A stretch of DNA of 64,000 nucleotides from Balanoglossus misakiensis (taxonomy: Eukaryota; Animalia; Hemichordata), in assembly GCA_040954595.2 (NCBI GenBank), contig CM082589.2:4044213-4108212 (forward strand), written 5' to 3'. Numbering within the stretch: position 1 is the first letter of the stretch; each line of letters begins with the position of its first letter. The notes beneath the pieces were generated by a model that had not been told where the DNA came from, made no database searches, and was given only the letters and a program-made list of their open reading frames with translations. Shown here piece by piece: positions 1 to 13,500 of this stretch. The position numbers and the translations under genes are program-made.

Positions 1-3
1 TAG

Positions 4-147
4 GTGTCATCCAAGTCAGGCATCGACGCCACAGTGTGCCTGTGTAACCATCTGACAGCGTTCACATCCAGCACGGAGCAGGTGCCCGTTGCTAACATGA
101 AGAGCAACACAGCTGTAGTGACCATTCGGATGAGCGCCCCAAAGTGA
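4..147 (+). CDS. Terminal exon of a GPS/GAIN-domain protein (polycystin-1-like/REJ or adhesion-GPCR family); 5' part lies outside the window
   Basis: After TAG at 1-3 (possible acceptor) the frame reads VSSKSGIDATVCLCNHLTAFTSSTEQVPVANMKSNTAVVTIRMSAPK* with TGA at 145-147. C-x-C-x-H-L-T-x-F is the canonical GPS proteolysis motif. No hydrophobic helix follows. Confidence 0.75.
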   Translation: MSSKSGIDATVCLCNHLTAFTSSTEQVPVANMKSNTAVVTIRMSAPK

Positions 148-640
148 CAGTGTCGGCTGGGATCATTTGTTTCAATTTTTCAACAACGATTTGTATACAT
201 GTATGATCTATACCATTTTATCACAGCAAGGAGTGAAGTATTTTATGGCGGTAGACGTTTTTTGCTTGTCGGAAAATCTCTCACATTTTACGCACTATTT
301 ATACAATGTAATTGAGCTGATATTTTAAACTAATGCGTTGCATGTTCGGTCGGTAAGCATTTGTCAAATTAAATCTGTTTGCTTGTAGATAAAGGTTATA
401 AAGAACGTGTGCCATATTTGCTGAATAGACTACCACAAACTTTTAATTATATTATAGATACAACATGCATTATGTTATGCAAAAGTGATCGGATAAGGAG
501 ACAAAATACAACGTAGAGGGCACACGCCAACGACATGGAGAAAATGTTCCTCTTTTGGATGTAGCTGTATGGATACCCTCAATTAAATTTTTTCGTCAAA
601 ACCAAACATTTTACCCAAATTTATGCGTTGTACTCGAAAC

Positions 641-672
<32 letters not shown>

Positions 673-673
673 G
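641..673. repeat. (AG)n microsatellite followed by a G run
   Basis: Read directly from the sequence. Confidence 0.95.
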
Positions 674-1019
674 AGATTCCTCACGTTCGTCTCATAGAAG
701 TTTAAAGCATAGCCCACTTTTTACTTTTTTCAGAAAATTTGTACACCTGATGTAGGTCTAGCCTAACGGATGTTACAGGTGTTACCTGACCAATCAATGT
801 TAATTTTTGCCTAAAGGTTAGTTGCTGGTGCGCAAATTTAAGGGAACTCTTATAATAATTACACACCTTAACCTAAAAATATTATATGACAATATAAAAT
901 TACTGTTTTTTATAGAGAAATTTACACAAAATCTGTACTTGACATGCAGTGGTGACTTTTCCCGACTCACATCGTATATCGGTGCATGAAACAAACAGTG
1001 AAATCGAATAACTCCTTGA

Positions 1020-1394
1020 CTCGCCTGTCGAGTCGCATCTTTCATCGATCGACGCTGGAGCTAGGGAGTGCGTACTGCGCGTCGCGCTCTCCACAGAGCG
1101 CTTGAGTGTAAACAGCGCGTTCGTGGACGCTCTCATCACGAAGCCCGCGTTTTGCTCAGTGAACCTCACTGATGAGCATGCTGAACTGATCTGTTGTATT
1201 AAAGAAGGAGTCTGCGGGTTTCTCGACTGCTATTATCATTTTCTTCAGTGAACGTAGCGGAATTCTTCAATCAATCGCGACCTCTGTATGCACGTATCTA
1301 GTTTGACGTACGTGCGGCGCGCGACAACCCCGGTGGCGATATAATAACCTCCGCTGTACTATAATATCGTCGCACCGTATCGCATGGCAAGAAG
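1020..1394 (+). promoter_or_regulatory. CpG-rich promoter/5'UTR region of CLCN7
   Basis: Locally CpG-dense (gcgcgtcgcgc, cgtacgtgcggcgcgcg) against a CpG-poor AT-rich background, directly upstream of the ATG at 1395 (aagATGG, strong context). The TSS cannot be determined. Confidence 0.55.
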
Positions 1395-1523
1395 ATGGCT
1401 GACTTGCTTGGTTCGGATTTACACGATTATGAAGATATAAACCAGCTGAGTGTGAGATCCTACACAGAGCTTCTCGCAGAAGAAAGGGCTCGGGAGCAAG
1501 ACTTGACCGCTATAACCGCAACG
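1395..1523 (+). CDS. CLCN7: CLCN7 exon 1 ([43 protein letters not shown])
   Basis: ATG in aagATGG, 43 codons, donor ACG|gtaagg, phase 0. Shares the [10 protein letters not shown] motif with exon 2. Confidence 0.8.
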
Positions 1524-4500
1524 GTAAGGCCTAAAATATTGTGCTCTGTGTATATCGTATCATTGACCCGCCGTTCCTGTTTGTTGGTACATATATAAAC
1601 TAAAGCATATATATACCACCGAGTTTCCCCATCTCACATGGAAATATTGCAATAATTTATCTCATAGCCATGTGGTCAGTAATCCGCAAACCATGCGAGC
1701 GCATCAATCGATATTATTTGCCCCCCCCCCCCCCGTTTCCAGGGTACCAAGGACGCGCGCGCGCGCGGGTTTAACTTAATCAAGTGTGAGAAACTGTGAC
1801 TAAGAATGCAATTTCTTTTGCGTAATTTGTTCATTTGGTACCATTATAAATGCCAAGCTAAATGCTAGCGTCTCAAGATATCGGCGCGAGGAGAAGTCGA
1901 GAAAGTCATCGGCCTTCGCGGGGCCTTGACATTCAAGACAAAGACATTATTCCTTCAAAGAATCTTGGGGGCGTGGCAAAGAATTACGGATACATTGAAA
2001 TCAACACAATGTTGGCCACACGGAAAAAGAGGTTTGTTTCGAGCGACCCTAGCATCCGAATAATTTGCGGTAAACCTTGTCTGTAGGCAGTGAAACACTT
2101 TCTCTCATCAAGGTTCACAGCTTTGCCACTCAGTTTTTGCAATTCTCAGGTTTAATCAGCGATTGTGTTTTTAAGTCCAGTTTTTATTGGGACTTAGGAG
2201 CCATTTTGCGTGCTCCAGAAATTTCCTACATTGTAAGTTTTTGGTGGGAGCACACATCTCAAAGCCAGGTATTGATTCTAAACAGACAGACAAACATGCA
2301 AACAAACAAAAACAAGAACCATGACCAGTAAAAAAGAACAGTTGCAGAGGGAGTAACTATGTCTTAAATTGGTATGGCCCAAATCAATTGTTCTTTTTTC
2401 TCAGTGGTGGTAGTAGGGTCTATTGTTGAAGGTAGTATTAAATGACAGCGGTTGGGGGGTTATAATATCACTGCAAAGGGGAGGATTGAATGTGAATTGA
2501 AAAAAAAGAAGACAAGGGGTTGTTTTATAGGATGTTTTTTTTCACACTCCCAGTTTACAGGCATGTTTGCAACAGCTTGTATTTAGAAACTTTGTACCGA
2601 CCAGGGGGGCAAATGTTTCCCGCCAATTTTTATTGTCATCTGTTAATCCATTGTAAGCGTACACCCAGTTACAACAATAGTCACTTTAAAGCCCCATATC
2701 CATTGTGATTATATTGATCCGCGTGGAAACACAGAACAATAAACAGGTATTCGTTGCAAGGGGGACGTCACATCTACTTACTAAGAAAGTGATCTTTTGA
2801 TCTTTGGGTAATCTTTGTTGTCAAGAATTTAGTCTGGAGTGTGTGGAAAAGGTGTGTTTTGATAAAAAGGGCCTCTTATATGTTGTAGGTAAATTAACTT
2901 TTAAAAGGATGTACAATCAGTACTTGAAACTTTAATTTTTTTATATTTAAAAGTGTTATTACAATCTGTAATAAAATTTAAGGGTCACCATGCTAGTTTT
3001 TAAAATATTAATATTTATCAGGCGGTGAAATAGCCATGAAAAGTGTTGAGTCACACACATTATTGCTGATATTTGAAATTTAGGCTGGACTGTACTGGGG
3101 CATAGGAAGTAATTCATTGTGTGTGTGTGGGGGGGGGGGGGGCAAATGTAATCAACGTTCTAGTGGTGAATGACTTACAATGGTAATTTGCATATACGAA
3201 TAAATTATAATAATTAAAGAAATCTATGAATAAACTAAAACACTTCACAAAATCATTACATTTTCACATGTTGATGTTCCATTTCTGAATTAAATAGGCC
3301 AGTATATCCTACTTTTCTCACAACATCCAGATCAGAGTTAGTAATCTCAAAGAGGTACTTTGTTTTCTAAAGAATGTGAAAAGAATAGGGAAAAGAATAC
3401 AACAAGTGTAAACCGATGAGCAGCTACTGTTTTGTGAACAGAAGCCTAGTGGATGATGTTTATAAAATGTTTACTTCATTACAATATGGCGGCAAAGAAA
3501 TGGTGACATCTGATATTTGAACAAGCAGTAACTAATATCATAGTTTTTTTCAGGCTCTGTGAGGTCATGTTTCAGAGCTGACTGACCAGTCTGTTTAAAG
3601 CTCCAGTAGCTGTATTGTTTCCCTATGTTTTCAGTATTTTTGTTTTATGTATCTACTACAGTTTCTTGTTCAAATTCCTGAAACATGATGCAATGCCCAG
3701 TATCCAGCTTATTGACACAACCTATAAGTATATATAGTCAGCAAATGTGCAAATTTTGTATTCTAGTCCCTTTAATAATATAGATAGCTGAAAATACAAT
3801 CAATATGTATGACGTGTGTGCTTATGTTGTAGGCGTACTGATTGTCATCAAAAGCTTATTTCTTTTACTCGGGAGGCCGGGCTTGTTTGCATGTGAATCA
3901 GACTTGAGAAGTAACAATGTGGAGCAACAGTGAGTCATAGGTTTAACTACAGATACCTAATCTATGCTCGGTGACCTGAAATGACCTCTAGATTCATGAT
4001 TTCAGGCAGCCTATAATAGGGCTATGTGTAATGACATAATAGATGACATATATTACAGGGTTTTGTCTGAATTCTGTATTTTCACACCATTATTTTCTCA
4101 TCTATAAGGCCATGTCACCTATAATCATTGTGGCATTTTTGGAAATTACTATACATTTTCACAAAATTAATTTCTACAATTTGCTGTATATTCACACCAT
4201 CTTTATCAAGTATAAGGCCATGCCATCTTAAACTTTAGTTTCTCATTGGCAAGGACTACATTTTCACAAAAATAATATATTTGTAGAATTTGCTTTCCAA
4301 CCTCTGTTGAAGTTATACTGAAATTCCATACAAATTGATAATCCCTTTCGCAAGCCACCCTCGTGATTTAAGGTTCTTCACTATATGCATGTACGTTTTA
4401 TTGATTTTTCGAAATTTATACCCAGGCTGAGTCCTAGCACGTGCCTTGCATATTGCTGCCTCTCGTCAAATCAGTGGCTTTAATGATAAGAGAGATTTAT

Positions 4501-7500
4501 AATGGAAGTGCTTCAGACACGAAAGCAGTGATGGCTGGGTTATACATGATGGATTTTTGCCAAACTGCTGCAGCTTATATTTGTGGGTGTTAGTAATATT
4601 TGTTTATTGATGAATTTTATTCGTGTGGATGCTGAATTTTAATAAATCATGCGTTTGTGCAAATTTTGATGGAATTTGTTTACTGAGAGGACGTATGACC
4701 TTTAGCTGTCTCCTATAGTGTAATTGCAGTCGACGGTGAAGCAGACGGTTTCCACTGTAGAATGACGCAAGTAAACGTCTCGCATTAGTCGCGTGTCAAC
4801 AAAGATGATCTCAGCCCGTAAACACGTACGGTAACCAGAGCTGCTGTATAGAAACTCTGATGGAATGTTTCCCCCCGATCAAATCCAATAAAGGTTGCCG
4901 CCAAAAAAAACTTTCACAAGAACCACAGTGTTCCATATTCCATCCCAAAAGCCGATTTCAACAAAGTTTTTGTCACCTATGTGGAGTGCCCAGTTCTCCT
5001 ATTGCACAGTAGCCAAGACTGGTTTGAACTTTTGACCCTGCTATTGAAACGCATGAATTCCTGTGTCGGCTGGATGAAATCGTTATATAAATATCAAAGC
5101 TCCAGAATGTCTTTCTCCTAGTTGGCTCTATAAAGTTTATTTGAAATGTATAAGTGCTTGCCAAGAGCTTATTTCTTTGTTTGATACATGTACCACCTTT
5201 ATGTTCTCTGTATTATACGAATTGTAACCTTACAGGTATTTTTCTGTCTTTTGGGTGAGTGAACTCAGTAGTATAAAAAAAGTCATTCTAATAAGCTTGT
5301 TATAACATGTAGGGTTTTCTTGGTTCTACTAGAACTATTCTGAAGTTTAGCAGGCTTTGTATTATATGAGTTAAGGACAGGAATCCATACCATATCTATG
5401 AAGATTATATTGGAAGGTACTTTTGGTGAGGAAAATGCAAAGAAGACACAGCTACAGTGGCTTTCGTGCTATAGGCATGTCCTCGTTTCTGATGAAGCAT
5501 TACAATGAATTGCGTCAAGAAGGTTAATCCATGTTACAACCCAGCATCTCTCAGGTTGACTTTATTGCAACCCATTAAGAGAAAATGAGAAAAATGGAAG
5601 CCAGTTTTTTTCAGTCGCACGTAGTCAACGTTGAGTGTTGATATAAATCAGTTGCCTAACATTGGCTGCTTCAGGGATTCTGACAGCGCTTTCAATACAA
5701 TTTATCTATCAGCCTAACCATGAAATATTCCCAGATGCCAGACAGTGTTAATGTAATTACTTCATTCAGTGTCATATTTTAAAAATATTTCTGTCATAGA
5801 ATGATTTTAATAAAACTAATTTTATTTAAAAAGAATGTATGAAATTTATTTATTGGAATAAAGGTATATGCAGTAATGCTTTGACCAAGCATAATTATTA
5901 CGGTTATGACAGATCCATTGCCATGGTTACAATAGGCCCCTAGGACTGCATATGCACTGCTGTTATTGCTTTGCTTAGTGTATGTCGAAAACACTTGTAA
6001 GTAAATCTCACTGTGCATATGCCTATAAAGCCTGCAGCTGTTACTTGTAACAGAGTACAAGAGCCATGTTTGAGCCAACCTACACTGTATATGTAGTCAA
6101 GTGACAAATGCATGACCTTGTATGTAGTACGTGTTGCAATTGAGTTTCCATGACAACCAACACTTTCTGCAGACTGCTACGAGATAGGATCTGACCAGTG
6201 ATTGACGTCATCGGCATCATGATCATTGTTGTTGTTGTAAGATCGCTGCCCACTTTTACAGTGAGTCGTCTTTTGTTCAACTCGTCACTCAGGATGGCTT
6301 TTGAAATTCACAATCTACCACTAAGATGGTAGAGATAGCAGTGTGCACCTCTCATTAACCCCCACCCGGCACTGTGGTTTAGTCCAACACCATCGTCTTC
6401 TGCAACAATGCAGGACCTCACCACTAGAATGTGGGGATGAAAGTGTCAAACCAGTTCAAGTGAGTCATGATTCCATATGCTTCACTGTATCCCCTTGGTA
6501 GAAGTGGAATTTTGTTGCCATAGCAACTGAAAGCTTTTTTTGTGTTATTTTCTTCTGGTGAGGCCAAACAGATTTTCTGTTCTCTATGGGCTCTAGCAAA
6601 TTGGATTCAGTAGGTTGGGAAGTTTTCACAGTTTTACAGTGCTTGGATGTGTTGACACATCACCCTCATTTTGCAATATGTTATTTAAAAAAAAATAAAG
6701 AACGAAGAATATTGTCTCTAAGTGTAATAAAATACTGATTTTCAATACTGTAATTCTTTTAAGTTTGCTTCAGTTGTGGGTGAGTAATTTGACTACTCAG
6801 TATTCCAGTTTTAGGAGTGAACTTATATTTTTGTGGCTGCATTCTCTTCTTGTATCTCATTGGGTGGCAACTTAATGGGGTGCGTGTTGGAGGTCATTCT
6901 ATTTCTAATAAATTAAATTAAATGTCTTTTATGTTCTGTTTCATTCTGGTCTCCCATCAAACATTATTGATTTCGAATTCCACTAGGTGTAAAATGTTGC
7001 AGCATCTGTTGTCTGTTAATTGTTTAATTGTGACGCATGGCCATCGTGATGCCTTCATCCTGTTGATTGCTGAAGTCATCTTCATGAGTTGTCAATCAGC
7101 AATCACCAAAAGACTTTATTTTGACAAAAACTTTGAAGTACTAGTAGTTTAAGCACAGCTGATTCTGTTGAGTAATTATCACTTTATTTTGTCATACAGG
7201 AAATGTCTCCTCTGTAAAAACACGTGTATATGTTGTTGGTAATTTGGACCTCTTTATCGCCATTTCAAGTAGACTGTGGAAAGGAAATGACTGATGTGTG
7301 AATCTCTCCCCATCGCTGTTTGGTTTCCCAGCATGCATCATTCAAGCATTAGTAACAAGGTCATTGCCCGCAACAGTTAGGAATATTTTTTTTACAAAAA
7401 TAATTAAAACTTTTCAAGACAATTACCGGTAGTCATGCTGATGATTTTGCTGTATTTAAGGAAAATAAAAAATTAAGTTTTTGCTTGATAAAACATTGTA

Positions 7501-10500
7501 TGATGATGGTGATGATCATTGTTGTGGGTTGTTATAGACTTTTGTTATATTTACTGGTGTAGCCACTGCGATGATGATGATTATGATGATGATGATAAAG
7601 GTGATGATGATGATGATGATGTTGTTGAACCAAAACCACAGCCACCATTGCACCACCCTCGCCGCCGCCACCACCACAAATCAGTTGAAGCAAAAAGATT
7701 AAACAGCTCCAAGTTCACGTACATGCGTAGACATTTAAATTACAAGACTTGAAAAGCTGACCCCAGCTGCATTTTATCCAATTTCCACTGAACCTGCAGT
7801 TCGAAGGCAGGCAGTCCAGATTTTGACAGCTATTTAAAAATGTACGAGTCCCGTGTAATTGGCCCTGAACCATGTCAGTGTTTCTAAATAGTGGCTCTTA
7901 CGTTTGACCTTGATAATTGGAAGATGGCATGGTGTGACCTTGGAGATCTTCTCTGCAGTGATGCTGGTGAACTTTCCAACAATAGCAAAGGTATCTGATT
8001 GAAAGCGAGGTTCAATCGCCTGTAAACACGCAATACCGCAAAGACCAGGAAAACAATCCCATGGTGCATTTTATTTCTCTCTCTGTCTGTACAATTAATC
8101 TGTTAATGGAACGGAGAAAGCCCACTTGGTACATGCATCTCACAGTTTCGTGTATTGGTCCGCGAAAATGTCAATTGACATACACAGTGAGTCACTTTTA
8201 ATGCAGTCTAGATCGCTCTCGCCAGCCGTGCCGATAAAGTTCACATAAATAGCAAGTTGTCATTATTATAATACATGCAAATCAGTGCAGTCCGGCGAAA
8301 ACAGGAATTTCAGTCTTGATAGGTCTTGAGCAAAGGAAATACACATGTATCTCTTGATGCAGAAAATATGGATGTTTACCATATACCGGTACCTATAACC
8401 GTAAGTATGGATCATCTTCTCAGTTGTTGTGTTTCAGGGGGAATTTCTACCAGAACCACTAGTCCGAGCCAGTGTGATTTAAAAATTTAATTATTCAAAA
8501 AGTGCATCTAAGTTTTAACCGAAAAGCTGAGTGTCTAAACCAACTTGGAGATTTCAGTAAAATACTCTAAGATACTTTACATTTTTTTAAAAAATTTGTA
8601 GCTGAGATGTACGTCTGATTTTGAATTCACGACAAATATGTGCTGGCAATTAAGCACTTTCAAATCGATGCACCATTCTTGAATGTTAACTTGATATTTG
8701 TTGCAATGCAACCATCCGAGAGAATTCTACATGCTTGAGTCTGTTCAGACATAAACTCACATTGTTTCTGATATTTATAATCCCAAGGAATGGGAGATTG
8801 AATTGTGAAAATGTTTACATTTATAGAATTCTTGCTCATAGCTAAGAATATTCGTAAGTTATGTTATCTCCACCGCAAAGATTAGAAAACTTTGTAAAAT
8901 TAACATATTTTCATAAGCTGTGTGAAATAACTGCAAATAATATGTAGAAATCCAATATTGTAATGAACTTATGGAACAGAAAATTAATCGTCAGGAGCAT
9001 TAGGCTATTGCTATTGTAGCAATGGAATGCTTTTCTGAGCTAAAATCAAAGATTGGATTTTTTTTCAATTTTTTTATAAAATAACACTTTTGAATTAAGA
9101 ATGGAATGAACGTAGCTTGTAATACAGAGCATGGACTGACAATTCCAGTTTTAAGCCGGGAAAGGTGAATTTTGCAATTATGATAATCTGTGGGAATTTT
9201 CAAACTTAATGGAACCTGTTCAGGATATAGGCAGCCAATTTGCTGAGCTCTGGTACATGGAAGTTGTGATTAGACAGTGACACTGCTAGCCTGATAGGGC
9301 ACATATCGATTTTATCACCGCACATCACTTGTTCATAAATTTGGATCTATAAGGTACATACATGTAATTCTGCAAGGCAGCCAACGATATTTCCTGAATG
9401 AGCTGCTCAATCTGAGAATACGATACAACAGGCAATTTTATTGGTTAATTCTTATCCAATCGTTGTACAGGAAACTGAATTCCTCAGCCAATCTGGGAGT
9501 GGAATAGCAAGTGTGTAATTCATACGTCTTAACCAATAACCGCAGAGGTTGTATTTAAATTGATCTGCAGAGGCCAAAAAGTGAAAATGCTCACGTATAC
9601 ATGTCAGTTTAATGTTTAATGATATTTCATTTGCAATTATAGAGACAAATTCTGTCAAGGACCCCAGGTGCAGATGTCAGTAGTTTCCATTAAAGGTAAT
9701 GACTATAAAACTCCTCCACTGGTTACAAAGAGGATGTAGCAAAACATGTCGTGAATTCCCAGCAAAGGAATCGAGCCGCATGATTTGTTTTTGGTCAAGG
9801 TCACAAATTTAAAAGGCTGGAGTTAAAGTGGCTGGTGTTTCATTATTTTTGTTGTGTAGTCTGGACTTCGAGTTTGTCTGCAAGATTTTTATATTTTTTT
9901 TACCAATAAATGAAAAGAGTGAGGCATTTGAAATGCATTCAGAACAGGTCATCGAAGACTTCAGGTACGTTGCAAATTTACGTGTCAAAATCTAACTGTA
10001 GCCGAGCACAGAAAAATAAGGTGTCTATTGATGTCAGCTTAATTTGAATTCTCGGGATACTGCAGGCTTGTGATTTCACACTTTGCAATGAAAGCCTTGT
10101 AGGGGTTTACGTGTGAAGGTTTAGTACTCTGATCTGTAAATTCCCTGTCAGCTGTCACGTCTGAATCATGGATTACTCTGTTTTAACAATCTAGTATTGG
10201 ATGGGGGTGTTCAGATTCAATGTCCATGTCTTTCACAGAGATCCCCCTACAATGTGTGTACAGATCACATGTACATTAATTAAATTTTTCTTCTGAAATG
10301 GGTCAGCGAATAAATTATAGTGAGTTGATGTAACTGACTGACTGTACTAAATGAATAAATGAATGGTGAATAACTTAACAAGCAAACAAACAAATAAATA
10401 AATAAAAATACATGAATGAATGAATGAATGAGTGAATAAATGAATGAATGGCATTATGATAGTATACTTAATGTACATGTAAATCAGTTGAACTTTTGCA

Positions 10501-13500
10501 TTTATCGACTGTCGTTCAAACTCCCAGACAGGTTGCTGTGTCTCCATACAATTATAAACAGCTTTCAGTGTCACAGACTGTCTCCATCTGCCATAACCTC
10601 TGTAACCTCCACTTGATATTACTGCAATCTTTACTTTTCCCTCGAGATTTCAGGGAAAGGAGCTAGAATTTACCACAATACGGCCCAGTTTGCATCCAGG
10701 GGTGCATTGTAATGATCACCAGTACAGAGGGAACTTGATCAACTCTGTTGGCTTGTGTAAAACCTACTGACTATTGATGTTTTTCAAGACAGACTAGCTC
10801 AATATCAAGATAAACAAGAAACTGCTGATTTTACCATCTATGAGAAAAATGGTGCACGTGCAAAAGCAAGTCTAAAGTGATACTCTTACCGTGCGGGTGG
10901 TATATAGCTTGCAGATCGAATCATTGCCATATTTGCTGTATTATTCCTTTACAACTACAAACAATGAGCCCCAAATGGTCCTTAATGCTCACATAATAAC
11001 AGAAAATGAGCTGGGTTCGCCTGATCAGATGTCACTCGCAAACAATAAATTGAACTGATTGGGATTTGAATCTTTCTTACAGAATAAAAGCTCAAAGATA
11101 TTATTACAATGCTTGCAGGATCCAGTTTCCAAAACCACTGCATAACGGTAGTATACAGTTACTTCATGTTGATTATTGGCCATCTTCTGTGCATTTCAAG
11201 TTTAGTTTTACAGTAGTTTTTGCGAAAGAGTTACTGGCTAGTCAATAGACTACAACAAATCAGGCATTCATGTTAAACTTAAGGGTACAAAGCCACTATA
11301 GAGATAGTTACTTGTGATGCATAATATGCTGAATCTTTGATCAGATGGTATATTTTTTACCCTATTCTGTTACTGGTACATAGGACTAATTATCAAATTC
11401 CTGCTAAAGTTCTGCTCTTGACCAAAGATATAATGAAACTGTTTATATATTAGTGTCAACCAAAAGGGCCACTTTACTAACAAACAGTTCAACATGGATT
11501 AGTATGTGGAAAACACAATTCCTCGTGTCAATTTCACTTTCTAAAATAATTGTCTCTTTTAAAATATTATCAAGATAAAAAAAAATTCATATAGAAAAGC
11601 ATTGGTGTAAATGTTAGACAGCATTAAAATTGACATGGCACGTGGCAGTCAGGCATACGATCTCATACTGTGAATTTAAATTGGCTTTCGTCTGAATATC
11701 TTGACATGTCAGTGATCCGGAAGGCTTAAACTTTTTGAACTTTCAGAAGATTATCGCAAACAATGGCAGGCTTGATAACTCAGGGAAGAAATGATCATCA
11801 GCAGAACTTGTGTGGGTTGGAACGTTGTTAAACTAAGTATTGTGCAATTTAGTGTAAAGAAATCTGTGTCTGATTTGTATATACTCCTGCAGTGCCAGAC
11901 AAGTGCTTCTGACATCTACGCACACAACCATCGCAAGACATGCTTCTTGATGAGCAAACTTATCCCAACTGTAATCATAGTCTGGCTCTAAATTCTAATC
12001 AGAATTCATTTTACATTGCTGGGGCATCCTTTGGTAAAATGCAATTTGTTTGGTATGAAACCCTGGCTGAACCTTAGCTGATTTGCATACCCGTTAATGG
12101 TATTCTAATTGAGCTCACCACACATTTGCATGACATTAAGCAATAGCATACAAATGCACTCGCTGACCATTGATTTAAAGGTGGAAATGTGTTCGCAATA
12201 CTCTGAATTAGTGCCCAAGTGGCTAATTTCTCTATGTTTGGTATGACCATTAACCTAGTTTATACACCATAGGGAGGAAACGACAAATTAAGTCACAGAG
12301 AAGTAGGTAAATAATTTCTTGCAAGAAAAGCACCTAGTTTTAAATGTGTTTATATTCACATTTGATTACTAATGTTAAAGTGTAATTTTCATGTCATAGA
12401 CTGCAGGAAGTGTTTGAAGTTAGCATGCGTGCCCCCCTCCCCTCCCACCATATTTGGTACATGGTTACGAATAAAGGGGGTCCAGCCCCAGGTGTAGCTG
12501 TACGATTGAGGGATGCAAAACGTCTCTCTCGACGTTGCAATCAAAATCCAGGAAGCAAATTCGTCTCACGGCATCTGCTTTGCTTAATTCACCCGACAAG
12601 ACACTCATTGCCCGAGACTACAAAATGTCAGTTGTTGGACAAAAGAAAAACATGGTAGCATATGTGATCTGCATGCAAAGCAGGCGGTGTTTTTGTGCTT
12701 GATAACAACCCTAGATCAATTACCTGACGAGAGTGTGACTTGTATTTTTGTAATAAAAATGTTCAACTGCCCACACTGCAATATATTCTCCAGTATTATT
12801 TGAAGAGCTTAACATGCTCTTCCCTGCAGATGTTATCTTCACATGCTAGAAAATCTTGAAACTCTGAACCAAAATCTCAATCTACTAGTATGTTATTGGT
12901 CTACATTCAAGCTTAAGCTTCCCATTGGGTTAGCTTTGCGTTAGCCCAAAGCCAGCCCAGAGTAGTATTAATTAATGGCTTCTCAAAACAGAAGTTTTAA
13001 TTAGCCAGTTTGTTTTGTTAAGCCGTAACTTACTTTTTGGGTTTTACGCAATTAATCGGATTAATTATGAAACACACTCAAGCGTTCTTATCAGTTTAGA
13101 TAGAAATGAGGTTTCAATAAAAAATATGCACTAATTTTATCATCCCACTATCACTCTTGCAGTATACTCCCATGGGTGGCAGAGAAGTCACACACCATCT
13201 GCAGTTTCCCAAGGATAAAAATGCCGCTGTCTTCCATAATTGAATATTAATGATATATTACCAATGAGAGTGTGAGAAAAACAGAGCATGACGCAAAGCA
13301 ATAAAAAAATAACCCTTTTCTGTCATCGTTGATTGATATTCATTTCAGTGTGGAACTGTTTGGGAAGAAATGAGGCCGTCTGTGGTGATTTCATTGTTCA
13401 GTCGCTGTTGCGAGATGATGAGATTGAGGACTATATATAATTGTGTATCCCAAAATGATCAATATCTTCTTGCTAGTTCACCATATTGGCAATCGTGCAT

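Noticed and set aside
6173-6260. Possible cryptic exon in CLCN7 intron 1 (ttctgcag| … |gtgagt)
   Set aside because: It has stops in all three frames and no other support; at most a poison exon, which sequence alone cannot show.
7519-7752. Asp/His-rich ORF
   Set aside because: It is a translation of (GAT)n/(CCA)n microsatellites with a non-ATG start.
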